Assembly (NCBI GenBank): GCA_964628685.1
Contig: CAZVNM010000005.1
Location: 136,141-200,140 of the forward strand
From: an uncultured Bifidobacteriaceae bacterium
Lineage (GTDB): Bacteria > Actinomycetota > Thermoleophilia > Miltoncostaeales > Miltoncostaeaceae
Reading direction: 5' to 3'
DNA: 64,000 nt
In this document: positions 34,597 through 44,358 of the stretch, piece by piece
Layout: every line of letters starts with the position of its first letter
Position numbering within the stretch: position 1 is the first letter of the stretch
Notes under the pieces: model-generated
What the model saw: the letters and a program-made list of their open reading frames with translations, nothing else
Told to the model about the DNA's origin: nothing
The model's database searches: none
Made by a program: the position numbers and the translations under genes

Positions 34597-35775
34597 TCAG
34601 TCCGCGGGGGTCGGGACCTCGGTGAGGTAGGGGGGACGGGTCGACGGGGCAAGCGCCACCCGTCCCTCCGCCAGGTCGATCAGGGCGTCGCCCGCCAGTT
34701 CACGTCGCCAGCCGTCGGCCAGCGGACCGGCGGGGCCCGCCCCGGTGAGGATCCCGGTGAGGAACGCCTCGATCTCGCCGCGGGTGGCAAGCAGCTGACC
34801 GGCGAGGCGCGCCGATCCCGCCCGAACCCCCACCATCAGCTGGCCCAACCCGGCCAGCACGTCCACGCGGTCCACGACGTCCGCCGGGGGCGGGGGCGGA
34901 CCGGTGAGCTCGGGGCCCCGCTCACCGCGCGCGACCGCGGCGAGCAGTGCCCGCAGCTGCTCGGGGCGAAGGCGTTCGGCGGCACGCGACGCCTCGATGC
35001 CCGCCTCGTCGGTGGGGCGCCTGCGCGCCAGGTCCACTAGGACCCGGTCCTGAAGCACCCACGACGCCGGGCGGTCACGGCGGGACGCCTCGCCGTCGCG
35101 CCAGATCGCGAGCTCGCGCAGCACGGCGCGCTCGCGCGGGTTGAGCCGGCCGCCGCCCTTCACCTTGCGCCAGGCCTCGGCCGGGTCGGTCACGAACTCG
35201 GCACCGGCGCCGTAACGGCGTTCGTGTTCCTCGGCGATCCAGTCGCTTCGCCGAAGCCGCTCGGCGCGGCCCGCCAGATGGTCGTGAAGCGCCGCCAGAT
35301 GTGCGACGTCCTCACCCGCGTAGCGCAGCTGTGCGTTCGAAAGCGGCCGGCGCTCCCAGTCCGAGAGGCTCTCCATCTTGGCCACGCGCACCCGCAGTGC
35401 GCGTTCGAGGAGCGTCCCCAGGCTCTGGCCGGCGCCCATGCCCACGAACCCGGCCATGAGCTGCACGTCCACGAGGCCGGCGGGACGAGCGCCGTAGTGC
35501 ATCGCCATGAGGGTCAGGTCGGCGGTGGGCGCGTGCATGATCGTCTGGACGTCCGGGTCCGCGACGGCGGCGGCCACCGGCTCGAGCGGCGCACCCTCGA
35601 TGGGATCGATGATCGCCACGCGATCCCCGACGGCCACCTGCGCCAGGCAGGGTACCGGACGGTAGGTGCGCTCCCAGATGAATTCGAAGTCCAGCGCGAA
35701 GCGTCCCACCCTGCGCGCGTCGTCCATCAGCGATTCGACACCATCGCTGGTGCGGATGACGTCTGCCCGCGGCAT
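34597..35775 (-). CDS. rnd: Ribonuclease D
   Basis: DEDD exonuclease motifs (FALDFEF..., YAGEDVAHL) plus an HRDC-like C-terminal region. Confidence 0.85.
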   Translation of the reverse strand: MPRADVIRTSDGVESLMDDARRVGRFALDFEFIWERTYRPVPCLAQVAVGDRVAIIDPIEGAPLEPVAAAVADPDVQTIMHAPTADLTLMAMHYGARPAGLVDVQLMAGFVGMGAGQSLGTLLERALRVRVAKMESLSDWERRPLSNAQLRYAGEDVAHLAALHDHLAGRAERLRRSDWIAEEHERRYGAGAEFVTDPAEAWRKVKGGGRLNPRERAVLRELAIWRDGEASRRDRPASWVLQDRVLVDLARRRPTDEAGIEASRAAERLRPEQLRALLAAVARGERGPELTGPPPPPADVVDRVDVLAGLGQLMVGVRAGSARLAGQLLATRGEIEAFLTGILTGAGPAGPLADGWRRELAGDALIDLAEGRVALAPSTRPPYLTEVPTPAD

Positions 35776-35794
35776 TGGGCTACCCTACCCGGCC

Positions 35795-37669
35795 GTGCAG
35801 GCGGTGGGACTGACAAAGCACTTCGGTGCCAGGACGCTCTTCGAGGGCGTGTCGTTCACGGTGCGCCCGGGCGAGCGTCTGGCGGTCGTGGGGCGAAACG
35901 GCGCCGGCAAGACGACGCTCTTGCGGGTCCTCGCGGGGCAGGTGGGGCAGGACGGCGGCGAGCTGACGATGGCGAAGGGCGCCGTGGTCGCGCTGCACGA
36001 CCAGCGCCCGCCGCTCGATCGGGACGTCACCCTGGGCGACTACGTGGCCGAGGGGCTCGCCGGCATCCGCGAGGTGGAGGCCCGTCTGCGCGACCTCGAG
36101 GGCCGCATGGCGGCCGGGGACCACGGCGCCGACGTGATGGGCGCCTACGACCGCTCCCAGCGCGAGTTCGAGCGGCTCGGCGGGTACGAGTCGCAGGCGT
36201 GGCTCGAGCGGGTGCGCCGCGGGTTGGGCATCGCCGACGCCTGGATCGACCGGCCCCTGGCGTCGTTCTCGGGCGGTGAGCTGACGCGCGCATCGCTTGC
36301 GCGGGCGCTCGTCGCCCGCCCCGACGTGCTGCTTCTGGACGAGCCCACCAACCACCTGGACCTCGAGTCGGTGGAGTGGCTCGAGACCGCCATCGCCGAG
36401 ATCGCCGCAGCGGTGGTGATCGTCTCGCATGACCGGTGGTTTCTGGAGTCGGTCACCACGCAGGTGCTCGACATGGACCCGCAGCGGCCGCGGATCTGGC
36501 CGATGGGCTACACGGCCTTCCGCCGGGCCAAGGCGGAGGCCCTCGCCAAGCAGGCGCAGCTGGCCGAGGCGCAGGCGAAGGAGATCGCGCGCCTCGAGCG
36601 GTTCGTCGAGAAGTGGCGGGCCGGCACCCGTGCGCGACAGGCGCAGTCGCGTCAGAAGCGGCTGGACCGCATCGAACGCGTGGCCGCACCCTCGCGGGAG
36701 CGGGCGCTCGCGTTCGGGTTCCCCAAGAGCGAGCAGCCGGTGCGGATCGTGCTGGAGGCCGACGGACTGTCGATCGGTCCGGCAGGCGGACCACTCGTCG
36801 ACGACGCCACGTTCCACGTGGAGCGCGGCTGGCGCGTGGCGGTGGTGGGACCCAACGGCGCCGGCAAGACGACGCTCATCGAGACGCTGCTCGGGCTGCG
36901 AAAGCCCCTCGCCGGTCGGGTGGGCATCGGCCACCGGGTCGAGATCGCCTACTTCTCGCAGCACGCCGACGAGCTCGACCCGCAGCGCACGCTGGTCGAG
37001 ACGGTCCTCGCGGGCACGAGCCTCAACAACACCCAGGCGCGGTCGCTCCTCGGACGGTTCCTGTTCGGGGCCGACGCCGTCGAGAAGCGCGTCGAGATGC
37101 TCTCGGGCGGTGAGCGTCGCCGTCTGTCGCTCGTGCAGCTCATCGCCCGCGGCGGCAACGTGCTGGTACTGGACGAGCCCACCAACCATCTGGACATCGA
37201 GAGCCGCGAGGCGCTCGAGGAGGCGGTGGCCGCCTACGACGGCACCGTCGTGTTCGTCTCGCACGACCGCGCCCTCATCGACCTGATGGCCACGCACACC
37301 CTGGCCATCGAGGACGGTGCGATCGTGCTGCGCGACGGCGGCTGGTCCGACCTCCTGCGGGCCCGGGCGATCGCGGCCGAGGCGTCGGCACCCGCGGAGC
37401 CGAAGCCCGCGGCCGCGAAGGTGAAGCCCGCGAAGCCGGCCGCCACCGCCGCGCCCAAGCGCGGCCGGCGCAACCTGCGCCAGGCCGAGAAGCTCGAGGC
37501 CACCATCGCGGCCCTCGAGGACGAGCTGCGCGAGGTGGAGGCGGCCCTGGCGGATCCCGCGGGTCTCGGCGATCGCGATGCCATCGCGGCGGCGGGCGAG
37601 CGCCACCGCGAGCTGCAGGAGGAGATCGCCTGGCACATGGCCGAGTGGGAACGCGTCGCCGATGGCTAG
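35795..37669 (+). CDS. ABC-F family ATPase (two ABC domains, no TM)
   Basis: Two Walker A sites (GRNGAGKTT and GPNGAGKTT), two LSGGE signatures, charged linker and C-terminal coiled coil. GTG at 35795. Confidence 0.9.
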   Translation: MQAVGLTKHFGARTLFEGVSFTVRPGERLAVVGRNGAGKTTLLRVLAGQVGQDGGELTMAKGAVVALHDQRPPLDRDVTLGDYVAEGLAGIREVEARLRDLEGRMAAGDHGADVMGAYDRSQREFERLGGYESQAWLERVRRGLGIADAWIDRPLASFSGGELTRASLARALVARPDVLLLDEPTNHLDLESVEWLETAIAEIAAAVVIVSHDRWFLESVTTQVLDMDPQRPRIWPMGYTAFRRAKAEALAKQAQLAEAQAKEIARLERFVEKWRAGTRARQAQSRQKRLDRIERVAAPSRERALAFGFPKSEQPVRIVLEADGLSIGPAGGPLVDDATFHVERGWRVAVVGPNGAGKTTLIETLLGLRKPLAGRVGIGHRVEIAYFSQHADELDPQRTLVETVLAGTSLNNTQARSLLGRFLFGADAVEKRVEMLSGGERRRLSLVQLIARGGNVLVLDEPTNHLDIESREALEEAVAAYDGTVVFVSHDRALIDLMATHTLAIEDGAIVLRDGGWSDLLRARAIAAEASAPAEPKPAAAKVKPAKPAATAAPKRGRRNLRQAEKLEATIAALEDELREVEAALADPAGLGDRDAIAAAGERHRELQEEIAWHMAEWERVADG

Positions 37670-37744
37670 GCGCCGTCCGGTGACGGTCGTCCCCGGAACC
37701 GTGCGGAGCCGTCACGGCGTGACCCGAGCGCTACGATCGGCGAC

Positions 37745-38680
37745 GTGACGGAGCACGACCACGCCCCGCTCGAGCGGCCCTGCTTCCGCCACCCCGACCG
37801 CCTCACGATGCTCTCGTGCGGCAACTGCGAGCGACCCATCTGCACCTCCTGCGCGGTCGATACGCCGGTCGGTGTGCGCTGCGCCGAGTGCGCCGGGGTG
37901 CCGACCGGGGCCCGCGCCGTGGTCCACGCCCTCAAACCGCGCAGCGCCAACGCGGCGACCATCGTCATCGTCGTCGGCACGATCATCGTCTTCCTGGCCC
38001 AGATGTTCTCCAGCAGCAGCGTGGGGCGCGGACTCGGCGGCGGCGTGTCGGAGGCCGCCTGGCTCTACGGGCCGGACGTGGCGAACGGGGAGTGGTGGCG
38101 CATCCTCACCTGCGGTGTGCTGCACGCAGGCATCGCCCACCTGCTGTTCAACATGATCGCCCTCTGGCAGCTGGGGAGCATCATCGAGACCTTCTTCGGG
38201 ACGATGCGCTTCCTGTTGATCTACGTGGTGTCGATCGTGTGGGGGTCCGCGGGCGCACTGCTGCTCACGCCCGACAGGCCGACCGTGGGCGCATCCGGCG
38301 GTGTCTTCGGGCTCATGGCCGCGCTGCTCGTGATGCAGCACCAGCGTCGCGTGACCATCGTGCCCGACCTGTGGCTGTGGCTGGGGCTCAACCTGGTGCT
38401 CACCTTCACCTTCCCGGGCATCTCCATCGGGGGGCACCTCGGCGGGATCGTGGGCGGTGTGCTGGCCGCCGCGGTGCTGGGCACGGGGCTGTCCCGGTCC
38501 GGGCTGGGGTCGCGCGTGCGCGGGTCGTCCGCAGGCATCCTGATCGTGATCGGTGTGATCGGCTTCCTCGGGGCCATCTGGGCGGCGCAGCGCGCGCCGT
38601 CGACCCATCGGCTCGGTACGGCCTCCGCCCCGGCCCCGACCGCGCTCGTCGCATCGCCGGATCCGGGACGCCGCGCGTGA
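37745..38680 (+). CDS. Rhomboid family intramembrane serine protease with N-terminal zinc ribbon
   Basis: CFRHP...CGNCERPICTSC...CAEC zinc ribbon. Rhomboid motifs HLLFNM and GASGGVFG. Confidence 0.85.
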   Translation: MTEHDHAPLERPCFRHPDRLTMLSCGNCERPICTSCAVDTPVGVRCAECAGVPTGARAVVHALKPRSANAATIVIVVGTIIVFLAQMFSSSSVGRGLGGGVSEAAWLYGPDVANGEWWRILTCGVLHAGIAHLLFNMIALWQLGSIIETFFGTMRFLLIYVVSIVWGSAGALLLTPDRPTVGASGGVFGLMAALLVMQHQRRVTIVPDLWLWLGLNLVLTFTFPGISIGGHLGGIVGGVLAAAVLGTGLSRSGLGSRVRGSSAGILIVIGVIGFLGAIWAAQRAPSTHRLGTASAPAPTALVASPDPGRRA

Positions 38681-40323
38681 GCACCCGCCTTCGGATTCTT
38701 CTGCTGACGCTCCTCGCCGTGCTCGTCGCACCGGCTGTGGCGTCCGGCCACGCCAACCTGCTGAGCACGAACCCCGCCAACGACCGGGTCATCCCCGAGT
38801 CGCCGAAACAGGTCGTGCTGACGTTCGACGAGGCGGTGGAGCGCTCGCTCGGCAACATCGACCTGTTCGACGGCGCCGCGCAGCGTGTGCCGGTGGGGGG
38901 GCTCACCGGCGACAAGCCCACCGAGCTCGTCGCACCGATCTCCAACACGCTTCCCGCCGGCACCTACACCGTGGTGTGGCGGGTGGTCTCGGCCGACGGC
39001 CACACCATCAACGGCTACTTCGTCTTCCACGTGAAGGAGAAGGGCGCCAATCCGGAGGGGGTGGTGGGCCAAGTGGGGACCGGCCAGGCGTCGGAGTTCG
39101 CACAGGGGCTCGACGCCGTCGCACGGTTCCTGGCGATCGGCCTGACGCTCCTCGTGATCGGCGGCGTGGCGGTGGTGACGCTCATCATCTCGGGACGGGC
39201 GCCCCAGCTCGAGACGCGCCTGTGGTACGTCGTCGCGGGCCTGGCGTTCGCGCTCGCCCTCGTGGCCGCGTTCAGCCTGGTGGTGCAGGGGGCGAACGCC
39301 AACGGCGTGCCCCTCAACGAGGCCATGAACGGCAACGTCGTGCGCGACGTCCTCGTCAGCCGGTTCGGGAAGATGCGGGTCCTCCTCGCGGTCATCGCCG
39401 AGACGATCGGGGTGCTCGCGGTGTGGGGTGCGGCCAGCCACCGAGGCCGCGGCGTGGTGATCGCCACCCAGGTCGCGGCGGTGCTCCTGGCGTTCCCGCT
39501 GGGCATGGCCGGGCACCCGAGCGCCCGCGGGGCACCGGCGATTCTGGTCGACGGCGTCCACGTCCTGAGCGCGTCCGCGTGGGTCGGTGGGCTCGTGTTC
39601 CTCGCGCTGGCCCTCGGCATGGCGGGGGCCGCGCGCGTCCACCTGGCCGCCGAGGCCGTGCCGCGGTATTCGTTCATGGCGCTCGTGTCGGTCGGGGTGC
39701 TGCTCCTTTCGGGTGCGCTCAACGGCATCGTCGAGCTCGGCTGGGTCGTCTCCCGCCTCTTCACGAGCGACTACGGGCTCCTCATCCTCGTCAAGATCAT
39801 CCTCGCGATCGTCCTCATCGGGTTCGGCGCGTTCAACCGGCGCCTCGTCGCGCGTCTTCGAAGCCGCATGGGGGACCGGCCGGTGGGGCTCTTCCGTCGG
39901 GTGATCCTGGCCGAGCTCGTCGTGATGGCCGGGGTGCTGGGCGTCACCACCCAGCTGGTGGCCGAGCCGCCCACGCGCGCCGTCGTGCGGGCCGAGCGCG
40001 ATGCCCCGCCGGCCGAGACCGTGACCGTGGGGGACATGGAGGCCACCGTGACCGTCACCCCGGGACGGGCGGGGCCCAACAACGTGAGCGTGGCCCTCAC
40101 CCGCGACGGCACGTCGGCCGACCCGGACGAGGTGCGGGTGTCGGCCACCAACCGGGAGGCCGAGCTCGGTCCCATCTCGGCGCCGACCGTGAAGTCGCAG
40201 CCGGGCACCTATGTGGCCGAGAGCATGCCCCTGACCGCCGCGGGTGACTGGGTGATCGACGTGAGCATCCGCCAGGGCGACTTCGACCAGTTCGACGGCA
40301 GGGTGACGGTCACGATCCGCTAG
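38677..40323 (+). CDS. CopC-CopD fusion copper-resistance membrane protein with extra C-terminal extracytoplasmic domain
   Basis: Signal peptide then HANLLSTNP, YTVVWRVVSADGHTINGYFVFHV (CopC), followed by ~8 TM helices (CopD). GTG at 38677 overlaps the rhomboid stop (GTGA). Confidence 0.8.
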   Translation: MSTRLRILLLTLLAVLVAPAVASGHANLLSTNPANDRVIPESPKQVVLTFDEAVERSLGNIDLFDGAAQRVPVGGLTGDKPTELVAPISNTLPAGTYTVVWRVVSADGHTINGYFVFHVKEKGANPEGVVGQVGTGQASEFAQGLDAVARFLAIGLTLLVIGGVAVVTLIISGRAPQLETRLWYVVAGLAFALALVAAFSLVVQGANANGVPLNEAMNGNVVRDVLVSRFGKMRVLLAVIAETIGVLAVWGAASHRGRGVVIATQVAAVLLAFPLGMAGHPSARGAPAILVDGVHVLSASAWVGGLVFLALALGMAGAARVHLAAEAVPRYSFMALVSVGVLLLSGALNGIVELGWVVSRLFTSDYGLLILVKIILAIVLIGFGAFNRRLVARLRSRMGDRPVGLFRRVILAELVVMAGVLGVTTQLVAEPPTRAVVRAERDAPPAETVTVGDMEATVTVTPGRAGPNNVSVALTRDGTSADPDEVRVSATNREAELGPISAPTVKSQPGTYVAESMPLTAAGDWVIDVSIRQGDFDQFDGRVTVTIR

Positions 40324-40419
40324 GCGGTGCGGGTGGATGGCGGGCGCCGGCTCGCGGGAGTGTCGCTCGTCCGCGTGCGAGTCGATTGGCGTCGTTCTGA
40401 CGAGAGGCCCGATGGCGGA

Positions 40420-40650
40420 TCAGCGAGGCGGAAGGTCTGTAGCGGCCTCTCGAATGATCTCTGCGATCCGTCCGACCGCTGCCACGGCCAAGTTCCTGGC
40501 TGGGGCTTGGTCGTCGATCCCGGCGATCACTGCGGGGACATCCCGCGCCATTCGTAGCGCCTCGGCTGCCGGGATCATCTCGATATCTATCATCAGCGCC
40601 ACCTCACGGTCATCAACGGTCTCCACCTCGGACCGGGAAGGATGGAACAC
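40420..40650 (-). CDS. Hypothetical 76-aa ORF in a low-G+C islet (weak)
   Basis: ORF only. No motif and no convincing SD. Confidence 0.2.
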   Translation of the reverse strand: MFHPSRSEVETVDDREVALMIDIEMIPAAEALRMARDVPAVIAGIDDQAPARNLAVAAVGRIAEIIREAATDLPPR

Positions 40651-41166
40651 GTGTTCGCACGCTTCAAGATCGTTGCCACCGCATCAGCCATAGTGATCGC
40701 GATCAGCGGCATCAACGCAACAGGGCAGGACGCTCCACTGCCGGCAGACCCAGCCGCGAAGATGACAGCCAAGCAATGGGGAATCTACGGACGTGATGTG
40801 CGCCGGTTCCGTGTCGTGACGCTGGCAATGATCAACCGGGTGTCAAACAGATGCACGGTAGGTCGCCCTAGCCCGTTGCGGTTCTCCCAATGCATGGAAT
40901 CCACGTACGCGATGTACCGGCATCAGATCAACGGGATCCAGCGGCGGGCCGAGGCGATCGGCGAGACGCGCACGGGAAGGTGCGAGGTTGCGGTCGACGG
41001 GCTGAGCGCGGCGTACGATGCGGTGGCCACTCATGCTCAACGCGTCGCAGATGGAGCGGCATCGCTCGACGAGAGGATGATTAGGTCTGGGATGAGCGCG
41101 ATCCCAGCCCAACTCGCGCGCACGTTGGCACGACAGAAGGCTGTGGTGCGTGAGTGCCGGCCGTGA
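40642..41166 (+). CDS. Hypothetical secreted protein
   Basis: N-terminal hydrophobic signal-like segment FKIVATASAIVIAISGINA. 4 Cys. Lower G+C than the flanks. No family recognised. Confidence 0.4.
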   Translation: MEHVFARFKIVATASAIVIAISGINATGQDAPLPADPAAKMTAKQWGIYGRDVRRFRVVTLAMINRVSNRCTVGRPSPLRFSQCMESTYAMYRHQINGIQRRAEAIGETRTGRCEVAVDGLSAAYDAVATHAQRVADGAASLDERMIRSGMSAIPAQLARTLARQKAVVRECRP

Positions 41167-41357
41167 CGGTCTGCAAGTGACGTGATCGGGGTCATGGGCC
41201 GTCTCCTGCGCCGCCAACCTGACCCGCCAGGTCTCCGCGGCCTTGAGCACGAGCTGCAGGGGCGGCCGGGTTCGCGCCGGCGCTTGGTCGGGGTGGGTCT
41301 TGGCCCGCGTTTGGTCGTTTCTCGTCCAGTGTTCGTGCCGTCGGAAGGGGGGCGTGG

Positions 41358-41705
41358 GTGGAGTTCTTGGCGTTTGACCGGAAGATGATTCCGGCCACCA
41401 CCGATGAGGAGGTCGCTGCGGAGATTGACGCGCTCCTGGACTTCTTGGATGAGGAGGAGGACACCCTCACCGCGTACGACGCGACCTACGTCGCCCTCGA
41501 CGAGACGCTCGGGACGACGTTCGTCACCGGCGACGGTCGATTGGCCCGCGCCAACGGGGCCACGCTGCCCGATCACCGTCGTCCGACGATGATCGGGCGG
41601 GCACCCGGTGAGCATCCCGGGCAAGGCCCGGGTCATCGCAGAAACCGCCGGGACGTCGCCTCATCGGGGTGCCGCGCGTGTGGTGTCCCCGGCCTCAGTT
41701 CATGA
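41358..41705 (+). pseudogene. C-terminal remnant of a PIN-domain (VapC-type) toxin
   Basis: LTAYDATYVALDETLGTTFVTGDGRLARANG matches the conserved C-terminal block of mycobacterial-type VapC. The N-terminal catalytic part and an antitoxin are not detectable. Confidence 0.5.
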
Positions 41706-42717
41706 GCTCGTGCGCCCGCTCGATGAGCCCGCCCACCAGCCGCACGGCGGCCGTGATGTCGGCGGGGTGGCAGCACTCGACGCTCGTGTGGATGTAGCGC
41801 GTGGGGACCGACACGCATCCGGCGAGCGACCCGGTGCCGGTGAGCTGCAGCGCCTGGGTGTCGGTGCCGCCCCGGGCGGAGATGTGGAACTGGTGGGGGA
41901 TGTCCCGCTCCTCGCAGATCGCGACCATCAGGTCGACGACGGCCCGCGACGCGATGGCACTGGCGTCCATCAGCCGGATGCCGACGCCCTCCCCGAGGCG
42001 CGTCGTGGGGCCGCCGGCCGCGCCGGGGCCGTCGTCGGCGGGACAGGTGTCGATCGCGATGCCGATGTCGGGTGCCACGTGCGCCGCGGCCACCCGCGCT
42101 CCGCGCAGGCCGACCTCCTCCTGGGCGGTGGCGGCGGCCGCCAGCCGGCAGGGGGCGCGGCGCGTGGCGGCGAGGGCCTCGAGCATGACGAACACCCCCA
42201 CGCGGTCGTCGAGTGCCTTGCCGGTGACGAGGTCGCCCACGTCGTCCAGGGACCGGGTGCGGGTGATGCGATCGCCGGGTCGCACGAACTCGCGGACGCG
42301 GTCGGCGGGCAGCCCGGCATCGACCGCGAGCTCCTCCATCTTGGGGGCGCGCTGGCGTGCGGCCTCGTCCAGGAGGTGCACCGGCGGGCTTCCGACGACA
42401 CCCGGGATGTCCTGACGCCCGTGGATGGTGACGCGCTGGCCGAGCAGGGTGCGGGCGTCCCAGCCGCCGGTCGGGACGAACCTGATGTAGCCACGGTCGT
42501 CCACCTGGGTCACCATCAGTCCGATCTCGTCCATGTGGGCCGCGAGCATGAGCATCGGCCCGTCCCCGTCGCGCATGCCGATGAGACCGCCGAGCGTGTC
42601 CTCGTCCACCCGGTCGCAGGTCGCCTCCAGATGGGGCCGGATGATCCTGCGGATGCGGTCCTCCCACCCGGATGTGCCGGCCGTCTCGCAGAGCCGGGCC
42701 AGCAGATCGCGCCTCAC
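41695..42717 (-). CDS. M42 family aminopeptidase (FrvX/PepA/CelM-like)
   Basis: LMLAAHMDEIGLMV, KALDDRVG, AQEEVGLRGA, HTSVE motifs. Confidence 0.85.
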   Translation of the reverse strand: MRRDLLARLCETAGTSGWEDRIRRIIRPHLEATCDRVDEDTLGGLIGMRDGDGPMLMLAAHMDEIGLMVTQVDDRGYIRFVPTGGWDARTLLGQRVTIHGRQDIPGVVGSPPVHLLDEAARQRAPKMEELAVDAGLPADRVREFVRPGDRITRTRSLDDVGDLVTGKALDDRVGVFVMLEALAATRRAPCRLAAAATAQEEVGLRGARVAAAHVAPDIGIAIDTCPADDGPGAAGGPTTRLGEGVGIRLMDASAIASRAVVDLMVAICEERDIPHQFHISARGGTDTQALQLTGTGSLAGCVSVPTRYIHTSVECCHPADITAAVRLVGGLIERAHELMN

Positions 42718-43089
42718 GGCCGGCCTCCCTGCGTGACGACGCCGGCAGGCGTCGCTGATGGGTGGGTTTCGGCCTGCACGTCGGGCTTCACGTGTCCTCC
42801 TCGCTCGGGGGTCCCGATATGGAGGTTAGCCGCCGTGAAGCGCAATATCCGGGGCCGGCGGACGCGCAAACTCAGAGTCTGGGTCGAAGCGACCCACCCG
42901 AGCCCCTCCCGTCATCCAGGGAGGCGGATCCCGCACCCGCGCGCGTCCGCTCATTGGCCCGCGGAGGTCCTTGGGAGGACCAACCAGAATGTAGAGTCGC
43001 CCGCCGTTCGGAACAACTGGCCGAAGGTCTAAGTGCGGACCTGTACCAACGGGGGGTTCTCCGGTCGGCCGCGGCGGCGGCCGGATGGG

Positions 43090-44256
43090 TCAGCGCAGTG
43101 TGGCGCTGAGCAGCGGGTGCGGGTTGATGCGGTGCCCGCCGCGCTCCCACGCGACCTGCGTCGGTCCGGTGGCGTCGCCCAGCCGCTGACCGGCCGCGAC
43201 GGTCACGCCGTGGGCGATGTCCGGGGCGTAGTCGGCCAGCTGTCCGTAGCCGAGGCGGTCGCCGGCGGCGGTGGTGATCCAGAAGGCGATGCCCTGCGTC
43301 TGTTCGTCGGCGGTGGCGGCGTCGAGCCGGCCCTCCGCCATGGCGACCACCGGGTCCCCGGGTGCCGCCTGGACCGTCACCGAGCAGCGGATGGCCTGGC
43401 CGAAACAGCCGGGAGCGCCGGGTGCCGCGAAGTCGTCGGCCGCCACGGGACGGGTGGCGCCCGGGATGATCGGGTAGACGAAGCCCTCGATGGTGGCGGG
43501 TGCGCCGTTGGCGGGATCGGCGCCGCGATCCATGCGTGGCGCGTCGACCGTCGGCATGGTGCCGTCCCACCGCACGACGCCGTCGGCGGGGACGCCGCTC
43601 GGCGGCGCGAGGGCGGGCGCCGGCGCGGCGGGGGCCGGTGCCGTGGGCGCGAGTGCCGCGGGGGCCGGCGGGGTGGGGGTGGCCGGCGGGGCCGCGGCGC
43701 ACCGGGCGCCGGGCTGGGCGTCGAGCGTGATGGGGGCGACCGGGTCACCGCCCAGACGCGCGTAGAGGGTGCTGACGCCGGCGGTCCAGTTGGCGTTGAG
43801 ATTGCCGGGGTCGTTGGCCGCCCCGATGGGCGCCCACTTGCCGCTGATGGTCTGCAGGGTGGTGCGGCCCTCGCCCACGTAGTGGGTGGCGAGGAGCGTG
43901 GCGGCCGCCCTGATCGCCGCCGCGTCGTCCGGGTAGACCCGGCCCGGCCCGATGCCGAACGGGTTATGGATGGCCGCGGCCGGCGGGTAGGTCATGAGGA
44001 TGGTCTCGTGACCGGCGATGGCCACGACCGCGCGCGGATCGAGGCCGACGGCCGCGGACGCGTTGACGAACGTCGTTCCCTGCCCGGCGAGCGGGCTGCC
44101 GGCGTCGGCGAGGATGCGGTCGATGCCGGCCGCGTCGAGGGGCTGGATGCAGCTGAGCGACGCCTTGGGATCTGCCGGGCTGCCGGACGCGAAGGCGGCC
44201 ATGAGCGAGCCGCCGAGCGCGACGGTGGCGACGGCGATGAGGCGACGGCGGACCAT
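43090..44256 (-). CDS. Secreted cell-wall hydrolase: N-terminal glucosaminidase-like region, Pro/Ala linker, C-terminal M23/LytM-like domain
   Basis: ATG at 44256 gives signal peptide MVRRRLIAVATVALGGSLMAAFA. PAPAAPAP linker. C-terminal ...VAAGQRLGDATG...HRINPHPLL resembles M23. The upstream 145 aa of the track ORF is junk. Confidence 0.65.
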   Translation of the reverse strand: MVRRRLIAVATVALGGSLMAAFASGSPADPKASLSCIQPLDAAGIDRILADAGSPLAGQGTTFVNASAAVGLDPRAVVAIAGHETILMTYPPAAAIHNPFGIGPGRVYPDDAAAIRAAATLLATHYVGEGRTTLQTISGKWAPIGAANDPGNLNANWTAGVSTLYARLGGDPVAPITLDAQPGARCAAAPPATPTPPAPAALAPTAPAPAAPAPALAPPSGVPADGVVRWDGTMPTVDAPRMDRGADPANGAPATIEGFVYPIIPGATRPVAADDFAAPGAPGCFGQAIRCSVTVQAAPGDPVVAMAEGRLDAATADEQTQGIAFWITTAAGDRLGYGQLADYAPDIAHGVTVAAGQRLGDATGPTQVAWERGGHRINPHPLLSATLR

Positions 44257-44358
44257 TCGACGGCACAGTGTAGCCGTGGCCCCGCATGGCGCGACCGCGG
44301 TCCGGGTATCGAAGCCGTGAACGTGGGGTGACGGAGACGACGTGCGAGGATTGACCAC

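Noticed and set aside
37816-40323. Single 835-aa ORF spanning the rhomboid and CopCD regions; similar N-terminal over-extensions at 52802..54412, 28591..29736, 13642..15210, 44454..45578 and 32053..34083
   Set aside because: The upstream parts are out-of-frame readings of neighbouring genes, or Arg/Pro-rich junk. Recognisable protein starts (signal peptides, first conserved motifs, overlapping stop/start codons) lie at 38677, 53387, 29002, 14581, 44940 and 33609.
42718-43089. Known housekeeping ncRNA (RNase P RNA, SRP/4.5S, tmRNA, 6S) in the long spacer
   Set aside because: None of the universally conserved blocks is present. I looked for GAGGAAAGTCCGGGC (RNase P), the SRP GGAA-tetraloop helix and a tmRNA tRNA-like end with a tag ORF.
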